From Tricharina praecox (taxonomy: Eukaryota), in assembly GCF_024521635.1 (NCBI RefSeq), contig NW_026250446.1, forward strand, positions 62,001 to 126,000: a DNA stretch of 64,000 nucleotides, written 5' to 3'. The position numbers were made by a program, and so were the translations under genes. This document shows positions 24,184 to 36,012 of the stretch, in pieces (within the stretch, counting starts at the first letter, position 1; every line of letters begins with the position of its first letter). The notes beneath the pieces are model-generated. The model made no database searches. It was not told the origin of the DNA and saw only the letters and a program-made list of their open reading frames with translations.

Positions 24184-24692
24184 TGTACCGAGAACCTGTT
24201 GGTGCGAAGGCGTTTTTGGTTTGAGTTTCGGGCGGTGTCGAGTCTGTGGTTATGGCCCGGTCAAGATCAGCGTATACCTGCCGGATCGGTGAAATGAGTG
24301 TTGCACTCAAACTCGGGAATGAAGCTGTTTCGGGGGGTGAGGGAGGAGTGCGATTTACTTTCTCGAAGGTTTGGTTGTACTCTGGCAGGAGTAGCTGCTG
24401 CACCAGCGGAACGTGGGTGTTTTGTGCGAGACAGTTGAGTTTCAGCTTTCAATTTCGAAGTGAAATAGAAATCACGCGGCTCAACGGAGTGCCATTCAAA
24501 ACCCCTCAGATAGGGCTCACCCTACCCTATAACTAGGGTACATCCTTCGCCTCGCACTCGGTTATCCCACTCCAACCCTTCATAAAACCGTTAGCATTTT
24601 TCTTCCTTTCGAAGCTACACATCATCCTTCTCGAACATCCTTTATCCAGCTTCTCTACCGACCTCCATAATCCAAGATCAAAATCGACAATA

Positions 24693-26207
24693 ATGCACCT
24701 CCTCCGTGCGTCGCTCGCCCTCTTGTGGTTGACCACATCCGTCTCCGCCGATCGTACCATCACCGACGGCAACGTGGCCTGCTCACACATTCATGAGGGT
24801 TGTTCATTGAACCACCCTTCCGTTTCGCGTGTGACCGTCCGGAGCACCGATGTGTATGCTTTCCCCACCTTCACGCATACCCGCGGTTTAGATATTCTAA
24901 CTCTCTTTCGCAGTGGTCGCCCTACCACCTTTATGTGTGATAGAGATATCACGACCACTATCACCCGCAAGAGACCGACGGTGACTAGAATCGCCCGTGA
25001 AGAGCACACGACCCTTCCTTCGACCCGCGAGGTACAGGCGACTGCTCCTTCCAGCCGTACCGATTGTGATATCACGGTCTCATCGACGGTCTCACGCGCT
25101 GACCAGACGACGACTCGCGCACCAGTCTTCGAAACTCGCTCTACCACGAAGGAATGGATCGTTCCGACGCACACGTACCACCACCACAACCACGATGACA
25201 AGCCCTCGATGCGCTCTGTCGTCGCGAGAACCGATCGAGGTCTCACCACCCACAAGGACGAGCTGTTCACTAGGTCCATCAAGTCACGCTCTGAGGTCAT
25301 CAGCACCGATCGCGAGGTGGTCAACTCCCGTACCACTACCCGGGAGTGCGAGCTCCCGACTACTCGCCAGGTTGAGCGCCCGACCGAATCGGTTATCACT
25401 CGGTCAATCTCCCGCCAGGTTGAGCGCCCGACCAAATCGGTTATTACTCGGTCGACCGCCTTTAATACCGGCCATGATGATGTCGCAACTCGCACGATCA
25501 TCCGCAAGAACGAGCTGTCCACTAGGTCAACTAAATCGCGCTCTGAGGCCACCAGCACCGATCGCGATGTGGTCAGCTCTCGTACCACTACCCACGAGTA
25601 CGAGCTCCTGACCACCCGCGAGTATGAGCGCTCGACAACCCGCCAGGTTGAGCGCCCGACCAACTCGGTTATTACTCGGTCGACCGCCTTTAATACCGAC
25701 CGCGATGATTTCGCAACTCGCACGATCATCCGCAAGAACGAGCCTGTGGCTACCTCTGCCGCAGAACCTATTGCGCGTCGAGTCACGAGCGAGGATATCT
25801 CTAGGGTCATGGAATACAACAACGCGCGCGGCCAAGAGCTTAGCTCCTCCGAGGTCGACGAAATGAAGAAGTTCTTCAGTGATATCAACTTCCTCTGCGA
25901 GACGTCCTCCGGTAGTCCATTGAGCAAGCATGTTCAGGTCGCCGCCAACAGCATGAAGAAGTGGGAAATCAACAAGAACTGTCCTCAGACCAAGCCTTAC
26001 GACGGCTCTTGCACGAACCATGCCGTTCACAAGACAGCGAGGATTGCTACCTGTGGCAAGTACTTGCACGGAATGAAGTGCCACTGGGTTGTCTGGGCTG
26101 CGCAGCTCCTGATCTCCTCGTGCACCGAGAGGTTCGGCGGCGAGAGCTACGTGGGGGGCCAGGTGTTCAGGAACGACTACGTCAAGGTCGTCATCATCAA
26201 AAACTGA
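24693..26207 (+). CDS. Secreted protein: signal peptide, Thr/Arg/Ser-rich repeat stalk, C-terminal ~110-aa 6-Cys domain; probable in-frame 60-nt intron 24854-24913
   Basis: MHLLRASLALLWLTTSVSA signal peptide; ~250-bp internal duplication (25251 vs 25503); CETSSGSP..C..C..CG..C..C..VGG domain; intron signals GTATGC..CTAAC..CAG. Confidence 0.8.
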   Translation: MHLLRASLALLWLTTSVSADRTITDGNVACSHIHEGCSLNHPSVSRVTVRSTDVYAFPTFTHTRGLDILTLFRSGRPTTFMCDRDITTTITRKRPTVTRIAREEHTTLPSTREVQATAPSSRTDCDITVSSTVSRADQTTTRAPVFETRSTTKEWIVPTHTYHHHNHDDKPSMRSVVARTDRGLTTHKDELFTRSIKSRSEVISTDREVVNSRTTTRECELPTTRQVERPTESVITRSISRQVERPTKSVITRSTAFNTGHDDVATRTIIRKNELSTRSTKSRSEATSTDRDVVSSRTTTHEYELLTTREYERSTTRQVERPTNSVITRSTAFNTDRDDFATRTIIRKNEPVATSAAEPIARRVTSEDISRVMEYNNARGQELSSSEVDEMKKFFSDINFLCETSSGSPLSKHVQVAANSMKKWEINKNCPQTKPYDGSCTNHAVHKTARIATCGKYLHGMKCHWVVWAAQLLISSCTERFGGESYVGGQVFRNDYVKVVIIKN

Positions 26208-27020
26208 TGAAACCAAGACGTGTACATACGAGTACATATAGGCTTTGCAGGAGGGTTCGGATATTGGTTTCTTTCTGCTAGGCTCCTAAAAATAAAGGTT
26301 TGATTTCGTTCGTATCACACTGCATTATGAGACCCGTGAACATTGCTGTAGATAGAGATTGCCGAACTAGTAGCAGGAGCGATATTTCCGCTTGTGTAAA
26401 ACTGAGTATCATGGTCAAAAACCGGGGAAGCGGATCTGTGCTGCCTCTACTGTGCCGTATTTCGATAGGTCAGTTTCGACACCCAATGGAAGCTGCGCTG
26501 TAATACATCGACGTTTCACATTCCGCCACTCGGCGCCCTTGTCATTCCAGCTAATAAAAAGCTCCAGCCGCCGATCACGCGCCTGTTTTCGGTAGCCTGC
26601 CGAGTGATTTAGCATGCAATTGCTCGTAACTGCAGGAAACATCTAGGCGACACAGATCCCTTGAAAGGTCGAAAGTGCATGCAATACGTGGGCTTGGGGC
26701 TAGGCTCAAGCATGTTGTCGGATGTGCAGAACCCAGAGATATACAATAAAACAGTAATCAAGTCGTGCCTGATCCTCTCGGCAGGTATGGACGGTAAATC
26801 CGCATCACGAGATATCACTTAGTTCACCCGATGCCGCAGTACATGCGATAACGCCAGCGGAACGTAGGTTTCATAAGGCTACCAATGGGTATACTTAACT
26901 CTCTTGCAACAAGAGTATCTTCTGTGTTGTTGTTTCCTAGTACGAGCGTTCCAACTACCTTTACGAGCACGGGTACGCTACCGTCACTCGACACACTCAC
27001 GAACGATGTTTAAAAAAAAA

Positions 27021-27911
27021 CCGAGTTTTGACGAGGATAATCCAGTTTACAAATTTAATGACGAGGGTAATCCAGTCTTCTTTTTTTAGACGAGGGCAAT
27101 CCAGTTGTTTTTTTTTAGTTTAGACGAGGATGATCCAGTTTACAAATTTAATGCCGAGGGTAATCCACAATAAGCGCTCGACTGCCGTGCTGCGCCACAG
27201 CGCCAGCGCGCCAGTGTCAGAAAAGAATACCACAGAGAGAGAACATCATCAATTGATTCTGGCATGCAGCATTAGTACCTACTAGACCATACAACGCAAG
27301 ACTTCTGCGGAGAGTAACGGTGCCTATGTATGCGCCTTTCTGCACGTAGAGGCACAATGGCCTATGCCTTTGCATTTTGAACAGCGGGTCTGCGGTGGGG
27401 CACGATGTGGGATATCTGGCAGTACTCCCTAATGCGCCTGCTGGTACTTCCTTCTTATTTCACCCTTGGTCATCCGCTTCTTTGGGGGTTGCCCTTTAGC
27501 AACACAGGTGAGTGGTGGTTCACATTCTGCCACGACCACCACGACCACCACCACCTCCTCCTCCTCCTCCTGCTCGTATTTAGACCCGCGGTTTTTAGTT
27601 TCCACAATCTTCTGTCTTTCAGCATGCATGTTTTCGATTGAGACCGGTGGCATTGCAGCATTGTATGCTGCAATCCAGCTATGCCGTGACATGTACTATA
27701 ATCAGGCATGAAAGCTATCGAAATCTTCTTGACAGCTTGGATAGCTGTCACGGTGGGATAAAGAGGTTAAACGGTTGGGTGATTGGTATGGAACTATTCT
27801 GTTCTGAAGCCGGCACAGCGTGGCAGCTGAGCGCTTAACTAGACAGACAAAAAAAACTGGATCAACCTCGTCATTACATTTGTAAACTGGATCATCCTCG
27901 TCAGAACCCGG
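27021..27911 (-). mobile_element. Non-autonomous Mutator-like element (MULE) deletion derivative, 891 bp
   Basis: TIRs CCGAGTTTTGACGAGGATAATCCAGTTTACAAAT / CCGGGTTCTGACGAGGATGATCCAGTTTACAAAT (right end, reverse complement) built of ~30-bp repeats; A9 on both flanks; internal minus-strand remnant WIAAYNAAMPPV..KGQPPKKRM..RCSKCKGIGHCASTC typical of MULE transposase C-termini. Confidence 0.8.
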
Positions 27912-27920
27912 AAAAAAAAA

Positions 27921-28290
27921 GAAATTCCGGAACCTGGGTTTGAACCGCAGCAAAAGAGCGTTCTCCCCAAGGTTGCTACCCTTGTAACGGTGTGGACCTT
28001 GAGTACCGGGTGCCGGTACCCTCACCACTTGGGAATTTCACTCCAACTGAGCCATGATCACCGCTTGTGACTTCCCTTGATTTCTAAATCATGAACCCGA
28101 CTCCGAACGAAGCAAGCACAAAACGCAAGCTATCAACCCCAACAGCCAAACATTTTATTTCGAGTGCCCTCACCACCACTTGGGAAATTTGCTTCATGTG
28201 AACATGGTCACTGCTGGTCATTTCTTTTCGACTCGTCGCCACGATCCCGAATCCGAAGCAAGCAAAAGACACAGCTATTAACCCTAACAT
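27921..28290 (-). repeat. tRNA-like structured dispersed repeat, copy B (plus partial duplicate at 28167-28290)
   Basis: Minus strand: TGGCTCAGTTGG (A box), two hairpins, GGTTCAAACCC (B box), then an oligo-T run. Confidence 0.7.
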
Positions 28291-28536
28291 CCGACCATGA
28301 TACGAGAGATACTTGCATTCATGACAGCCGACAGTAAGTGCCAACCCATGGAGAGAGGCGTAGCGGTGGCAGCAAGGGCACCGAATGACACAATATATCA
28401 CTCGGAATCAGTGAAGTCTTACCGAAATCTCACCTACGGCTATTTCGTTTAACGTGCGGGCCATTACTCAGCTCTCAGACCTACTCGCCAGCTTTCTGAT
28501 GGTAGTGCTCTCATTGGTGGGGTTCCCATTGGTGAT

Positions 28537-28645
28537 GTTCTCATCAGTAGTGCTCTCACACATGTACCGCCGGGGATCGCCTTGGAAGTTGTTCTCATCA
28601 GTGGTGCTCTCACACATGTACCGCCAGGGATCGCCTTGGAAGTTG
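28537..28645. repeat. 54-bp tandem duplication
   Basis: GTTCTCATCAGTRGTGCTCTCACACATGTACCGCCRGGGATCGCCTTGGAAGTT twice (28537, 28591). Confidence 0.9.
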
Positions 28646-29505
28646 TTGCCGAAGGCTCTCTGGATACCATAGCAGGGATATAGAGATCTGAGTATGTGGT
28701 CGTGTTACGAGGAGTCGGGCAAACAATGGAGTAGAGTAGGTACTAGGTACCTATTTGGCAGCTTTACCTGGATCGTCATACTCCCTTCTGCCAGAGAAGG
28801 GCGCGAGCCAGGTTTACATTGCATCTCTTTCTGTACGTTCCTCTAGGTACGCCTACCAGTACTACAGGGCAGATTACGTTGCACGTGCGCACCGAGCCGT
28901 TCACGTGACGTTGATCTCGTAGGGAGATGAGATGCGATAAGATGACGCCTTATCCGTGTTGGATGAGATAAGATGCCTCCATCTTCCCGTGAGATGCGAT
29001 AAGATATCGCTCCTGATGATAGCACGTGACAATTGATAGCAGCGCAATATGGTTGGGGACATCTAGTTCCGGAGTGAAAGCATCCCCACTTTTGACGTTC
29101 GGTTAGTTCACAACAACCCAATTAAAAAAAAGGGTACTTTACAGCGATAGAGAAGAGGAAGGAGATTATTTTTAAAGACCCCGATTTTTTTTTAAAACGT
29201 GGTAGAGTGGCAACCAAAATCCAAAATAAATAGACGAAAAATGATTTAGTGTGGGGAGGCCCCGGGAATGTCCATGGCAAGGCTGCCACAGCCCTGCTTT
29301 AGCACGGCTGAGTTTCCGATTAGGTAGTCGTGGCACGCCCGATTACCCGATCGGGACGTCTTGGCAGCACAATATGGTGGCTAATTGTTGTGACAAAGAA
29401 CATTGTGTACATAAATGGAAAACAATTGCCTACAAATTTGCTACTATTCCAGATTATCGCTAACCTGTTGATGAGCTTTTTATATCTGCACCTTGGAAAA
29501 TTGAC

Positions 29506-29910
29506 AAGAACTGGCCGAGAAATTGTAATTTTCGGTCCCGGTGGGCTGTGGAGCGCTGAAGCTCCGGAGCTGTGGAGTGGGCTGCGGAAGCGCGGTTAAT
29601 GGTGACAGACCTGTGGAAGAATGGAACCGATGGAATGAGCGTGCTCGTGCGATCCAGATGAGTGTTTTATCGAAGAAAACGGGCAAGAACTGGCGGAGAT
29701 ATTGGAATTTCCCGTCCCGGCGGGGCCATGGAGCTCTGGAGTTGGCTGTGGACGCCTGGTCAACGGCGACAGACCGGTGGAACAATCCAACTGATGCAAC
29801 GAGCGCAACAGTGCAGTCCAGGGGGTGTTTTATTGAAGAAAATGGGCAATAACTGGCCCCGATATTGTGATTTTCGTTCCCGGCGGGGCCAGTTGGCTGC
29901 AGACGCCTGG
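29506..29910. repeat. Diverged tandem repeat, ~165-180 bp unit, ~2.4 copies
   Basis: Units begin AAGAACTGGC..ATTG..ATTT..GTCCCGG at ~29506, 29685 and 29849. Confidence 0.8.
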
Positions 29911-32900
29911 AAAAAAAAAAGATTAAATAGATTTAATAAATGCCATTGTAATACCGCATTTAGATTTTGATTCCCGTGATCCGAATGTCCACTTACTCCG
30001 GCACTAGATGTCCCCAACCATGGAAGAATAAGTAGCGGAAATGCTGCAAGTTTAACTACAGAGAACCGAAATAAGGCCGCCGACATTCAGGATGTTGATT
30101 GAATGCGGTATCGAGTCAGCGAATGACATACCTAGTTCCGCCTGTCGTTGTCGGTATGTATTATAAATTGGTTTGCTTTTATCCCGATGATCTCCGTTGG
30201 GGTTCATGGCCAAGCGACTGAGTTCCGAGTAGGCGATATGCAGCAGGCTTGGTACACCCGTCCTCCTCAATTTCCAAACTCTCTCCTTCACTGCTCCATC
30301 ACAGCCTGCATGTTACCTACCGGCAGGCCCCTACCATTGCCTCCCTCTATTGTTGCCGACAATTGAGGGTCTACCTTCGATCTTTGACTGCTCTCGAGTT
30401 GTGCTCAAAAGTACCTCACAAACGCTTCCCGTGTTTCCTGCTCCTCTCGTGCTTGAGTAGGTATATTGGACTTTCAGATTGGTGTGCCTTACACGTTACC
30501 TCCGTGTTGCTGCCTCGCTCTTTCCCCTCCGTTCCCCAACTTGGAGCTTGCACCCCTTTTATTGACACACGTGGGTAGAGGATAGGTAAGACTGGGGGCA
30601 TGGATGATGGCGGGGAATGATGAAACTGTGAGCACAACAAACAGCACCACGTCCGCACAGCTGGTTACGGCAGGGAGGGGAGAACGTCTTTACGTTTGAT
30701 GGTAGCACGAGAATATTGGTAGGACCTGACGAGTTGATCTAACAATTCCGGTTCTCAGCTCGATCGTGCTGCTTGTCGAAGTTGCTTTTCTAATCTCATC
30801 TAATCTTGAGAACAGGCACGTCGATATTTACGCAGAACTTACGTCCTCTCTATACCTTCGTACCCTTCCTCAATCCATCTTCAGTTCTTTCCGTTTGTTT
30901 GGTTTTTCAGTGAAGCGACTCGTTTGCGGTGAGCACTTTCCTCCCCATCTCCATGTGACGCGATCACAGCGCATCACCCGCTTTCACATGCGAGCAGGTG
31001 AGGTTCTTGGTGCAACCGCTGATGGTATCGTTCTGAAGTAGTAGGCTCGTACACCTGCCGCAACCCAGAGCCATCTAAGATACGCAGATATAGGACGTAC
31101 TACACGGAAACGTCAGGAATCCCGACAGACCAGCCTTTTCGCCCGCGCGTAAGAACCTACATCGGTGTAAGGCACTGTATCGATGGTCAGAAGCTTCGCA
31201 GAAAACCGAGGCTCCTTCGGAAATGGGCAGCCATCTCGCCCATCCCAGCCGTCCGTTGCGAGAATCTCTAGTGGCAGACACAGTGTATCACTCGCCTTTC
31301 CACCTCCCCGTCACCTTTGTCGTCCGATAGGGCCCCCTCTACTTATCCCGAGTACCGTATACTGCCAGTAACGTACCTGACCCCGCCGGTCGTACCCCAC
31401 CACCACCCCAGTACACCTCCATCACATATTCACATATTCCCATCCGAGCCGTGACGATGCGACCCCCGCTAACCTGCAAGCCCAGGGGCCCGCATACGGC
31501 ATCCAGCGTCCCATTCCGGCCGGCTCGGTAAAGTTCTCCGCACGCAGGCATCCACCCAACCGCCTCAAAGGCCCAACCCATCGACACAGACCGACCGACA
31601 GACGATCCCGTGTCCAGCCGTTGACCTCCGCCTCCAGCGCCCCGCCCCACCATACTATACTGCACGTGCGCCGCGCCCGAGTGCTCCCTTCGCACCGATT
31701 CTCACCGCTTCCGAGCGCTCCCTTCCCGTCGCACCGACTCCAGCGCATCGCAGCCCGAAACGACAGCGACAGCGCACCCCAATGCCCATGGGCACTGGGC
31801 AGAGGTGCATACCGCGCCCAACCCCAACACCAAGACCAAGACCCCCGCGCATTCCCGCATCGATACCGGCACTCCGCGGAGATGCGTGCGTGCCCCCCTG
31901 AGCTCTGGTGCTGCTGTGCATGCCTCAGCAACGAGTGGGTGGGTGGGTGGGTGCCAGGTAGGTGGGGCGCGACGACTGGTGGGCGTGACCACGTAGGAAG
32001 GAGGGGGATTCGTCGGATTCGTCGGATGATCCGTGGCATAGGTATGGCATAGGTGGTTATGCTGTCGGATGATACTTCGTCATGTATCTTCTGCAGCGAG
32101 CGAGCGAAACTCGGGCCTCGGGAGTGGGAGGGAGTGACATCGGATTCGCCTTCGCCTTCGCCTTCGGGCCGGTCGCTGATACCCCCCTCTGTCCGATATT
32201 CGATATCCCATGTCGCCATCGCGATCGCCGGTCGCCCTGGCCCGAACCGAAGTACTTCCTACACGTAGAGTAGACTACACGTGCACCCCCCGCCCGCCCG
32301 CCAGAGTCCCAAGCAGGGTACGATCCAATCTCCGGGTACTTTCCCACCTGTGTCCGCTTCACCGGCAAAACTCCGCATCCCCTGATCCCCCCCCAGCCAG
32401 CTCCTGTGCTCCAGTGGAATGCGCACCCACCGGCTGTTACGTACTCCCACTGCCCTCGATCTCGATTCAATCCCAATTTCCATACTAATCACCATACTAA
32501 TCACCAAAACAACCCCCAATTCCACAATTGCGTGGTTTCACACTCAATCACGACACTCTAATCACGTTAAATCACGTTAAATCACGACAGACACTCAATC
32601 GCAGCACTGCAGTGAGAAACAAGTCAATAAAACAAGTCAATCGAACAAGTCAGTCAGTCAGCCAGTCATCCCTTGCCCTCGCCCTCGCCCTGCAGGGAAA
32701 GAGAAAAAAAAACCCTTCAAAGAAAGCAAGCTCTTTCGAGCTCTAACCATAGTATAGTACATATAGTAGGTGGCTCTAGGTATACATAGCATACATAAAT
32801 TATATACAAGATTCCCCCCCTTCCCCTTCCGTGCACATGAAAACCCTAGATATACAATACACCCTTCGTTCCCATCCAATCCAGTACACCCAGCCAGCAC

Positions 32901-33674
32901 CGTGCCATCCATCCGCGAGTACTGTACATGTATCAGTAAACTCTCAACTCTCCATCCGTAGGATATCACAATCAACCACCACCCCTCCTCCATTCCTCGC
33001 GCCCGACCGTCCCTATGAAACAAAAACAAAATGAAACCAAACCAAGTAATAAAACCCCAGACCCGACCCGACCACACACCTCCCAATGCAAATGATGCTA
33101 TGCTACCCAACGCACGCGCGCTTATCCGAAGAAAGAAGACAGAAGGAAAAAAATAAAAGAAAACGAAAGAAAAAAAAGAGTCGATCCCAAAAGAAAAGAA
33201 GAAAAAAACCAAACCCCAGTCGCCAAGTTGCAGTACATTAAGAAGATGCAAAGAAGAAAAAAACCACAAAGTAAAGAGCATCAGAGAAAGAAAAACAGTC
33301 ACCCCTTCATCCCCTTCCCCGGCCCCCCTGCGACAACGTCATCGCACGTCCCTAGCGGAACGCTTCCCGCGGCGGAGCGAAATAAAAGTATATGACTGCG
33401 AGGGACGAAGGTAGGGATGGGTGCTGCTTTGCCGATTGGTCTATTCGATAGTTCTTGTCGACACGAGGTGTATATAGTAGTAGTAGCAGCGGAGGAGGGG
33501 AAGAAGAAGAAGGAACTGGTACGAGTCCGTAATGTAATGTACAAGGTCGATGAAGATGGATGGATGGAAGGATGCGACCGGAAAATTTCAGTCGCAGTGT
33601 ATGCGGAGTCGACAAAAGTTTCAAGATCTGTACCGGTTGCGTCGATGGTGCGGCCAGCACGGGACCTGCGGTTC

Positions 33675-34940
33675 TCACGCGTAGATGCATGCCCACCGAC
33701 CAGGGTCTCCGATCGCACGCAACTTGCATGATTGACGTGGCGGCAGCATGTACCTAGCTTTTCCTTGCGCCGTGTCGCTGAGCTTTCCTTCGCGTCGCAT
33801 GTTCATTTCCAGGACGATGACTCGCAGGAAGTCTGGATTCTCCCGGACCCCGCGTTGCACCGTGGGTTCAGCTACCTCTTCCGGCTTCGGCGTGCTCCGT
33901 ACTCCGCTTCGACCCGACTTTGACCGACCCGAGATCTTGTACGTCTGCATCTGGACAGCTCCGGTGCAGGGGGATTCGTCGTAGGAGGTCGTCCATGGGT
34001 TGAGATAGCGACGCAATGCCGGCGTGGCCTCATCCTCGAATAGGGTTGGTCGTCTCTCGTCCGTGTACTGCGGTGAGATCGACAGGATGCTGCGCGTGAG
34101 GTAGTCTGGTTGCTGGATCGCGGCGGCGGACGCAGTCAGGATCGAGAAGCTCCGTGCCGCCGACTTGAGCACGCGTAGCGACGCGGTAAGGTTGGACACG
34201 AGATTCAGTCGTAACGCGCCTCGTTTTAGGGTATCTTCGGGGAGAAACTCGACGGGTGCCGGCGTCTTCTCCAACAGGGGGTGGTCCACGCACGTTCGCG
34301 GTGTCTTGGTCTTGATGCGCGTCCGGGAATCTCCGCTCGAGCGGCGACGGGACGACGGCGGCGATCCGAAGGTACTCGAAGTCTCGGATTCGTTGTCGGT
34401 ATCGAGCGATGGCACGGAATCGGTCGAGGTCGAGCGAGTCGAAAGCACGCCTTCGCTGGTCGACCTGGACATGGCGGTCGACTCGTAGATGTCGACATCG
34501 GGAGGGCTGAGCAGCAGCTCGAGGGGCGTCTTCGGTATGTACTCGGGTAGACTGCTCTCATCGTCCTCCCCTTCGAGAGGATCCACGCAGACGCCATGAG
34601 TCGGCGGTGTCGGTGGCATGGAGTATGCATCCGCCTTACTCCGTCGCGTCGACTTCCTCGGCGAAGGGATCACCGTGCTGGCGAGCAGAGCTGCGACAGC
34701 TGTCGAATATCGCGGCTTGTAGTTCTCGCGACGGTTGTTGCGGCCTTTCGAGGGAATATGCATGGGCTCGGAAATCGACGTGTACGTGTCCGCGATGCTC
34801 GATTTCGACGAGGCTGACGAGGATGGTCTACGGAGTTCCGAGGAGGGTGTGGGATCCGATAGCGACGTGAAAGGGACAGGTCGGTCGGCCATGGTCGCTA
34901 ATGTTGATGATGTCGAATGTCGCGGAGTTCTGGTATCCAT
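33675..34940 (-). CDS. Conserved fungal hypothetical protein (421 aa, Ser-rich)
   Basis: Intronless ORF with blocks ELLLSPP, DHPL, SNLTASLRVLKSAA, DYLTRSILSI, YTDERRP, TPALRRYLNP, VRENPDFLRVIVLEMNMRREGKL..LPPR, which I recall from Pezizomycotina hypothetical proteins; GC3-rich codon usage. Confidence 0.85.
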   Translation of the reverse strand: MDTRTPRHSTSSTLATMADRPVPFTSLSDPTPSSELRRPSSSASSKSSIADTYTSISEPMHIPSKGRNNRRENYKPRYSTAVAALLASTVIPSPRKSTRRSKADAYSMPPTPPTHGVCVDPLEGEDDESSLPEYIPKTPLELLLSPPDVDIYESTAMSRSTSEGVLSTRSTSTDSVPSLDTDNESETSSTFGSPPSSRRRSSGDSRTRIKTKTPRTCVDHPLLEKTPAPVEFLPEDTLKRGALRLNLVSNLTASLRVLKSAARSFSILTASAAAIQQPDYLTRSILSISPQYTDERRPTLFEDEATPALRRYLNPWTTSYDESPCTGAVQMQTYKISGRSKSGRSGVRSTPKPEEVAEPTVQRGVRENPDFLRVIVLEMNMRREGKLSDTAQGKARYMLPPRQSCKLRAIGDPGRWACIYA

Positions 34941-35734
34941 ATTGTTCTGGAGATCCTATCAGTTTGCGAAGACTTGGTAGGGAGGTTTGTGTTGTAGAGA
35001 GGTAGCGAGAAGGAAGGCATGAAACGGGAGGAAGTGAAGGAACGGGAGGGAGGGAGTCATAAGCCAGCTGAGCTCGGGAGAGGTAGGGAGATAGGTGTTG
35101 GGGGTGCGAGACAGCTATGTAAGCTGGCGGACCGGGGTATTTGTTGAGATAGGGTAGGTGTGCAACGAGGACAAGGTAGGCAGAGATAGGCAGAGTAGAT
35201 GGCTCGGCGAGGGACGGAGACGTAGATACACGGACACACACAGCAGCGACGTACCTGAGACCTTCCCTGACTTGGTGCGGTTTAGTTCTCCTGGGCCGCT
35301 CGACAAGGGGGATTGTGCTGGGGATGATGTTTCTGATGAGGTGTCTATTTCTGGTGCTATTGCAGCCGCCAGTTCAATGCGAATGGACGAAGGGTATTGT
35401 TGCTATTGCTGTTGGTGTAGCTATTGATGTCGCCGTAGCTGTGAGACTGCTCGTGTGCGTCGGCGGAGTATCTAGTACCGAACGGCGTGATGCGATGCAG
35501 GCAGCTGTAATGGACGTAGAAGGACGAGAGCTTGTCTGTGGCAGGGGCATGCGAGTCGTATGCAGACTTTCCGGAAATGGGCTGACGGTCGATTAAGTAG
35601 CAGGATGGGACTATCTCTGAAGCCGGAGTGTTGAGATAGAGGAAGAGATAAGATAGCTGGATCAGTGCAGATATGCAGGATATCTTGTTTCCTGTGTAGC
35701 TATGGCTGGGGGGGTAGAAAAGCTGTAGAGGTTG

Positions 35735-35910
35735 TGGTGGGGGTGGAGGTGGTGTGGTGGTGGATGTAGTGGTTGTGGTTGTGGTTGTGGTTGTGGTAGA
35801 GTGCGGCCGCAGATGGTGTTGCTGGAGTTGCTGCTGGTGGTGTTGCTGGTGGTGGTGGTGGTGGTAGCGGTGTGTGTCGGAACCGTCGATAGATAAGGCA
35901 GAGGCAACAG

Positions 35911-35969
<59 letters not shown>

Positions 35970-36012
35970 CTAGGCACAGGAGACGAGGTGGTGGTGGTGG
36001 AGGTGGTGGTGG
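35735..36012. repeat. Microsatellite cluster, including (GCA)n at ~35910-35966 and (GGT)/(GGTTGT) runs
   Basis: Directly visible. Confidence 0.95.

Noticed and set aside
24791..25927. 378-aa minus-strand ORF
   Set aside because: Antisense shadow of the repeat-rich secreted protein.
27960..28045. Identification as twister/HDV ribozyme, RNase P or SRP RNA
   Set aside because: Only partial motif resemblance; the required cores could not be built by eye.
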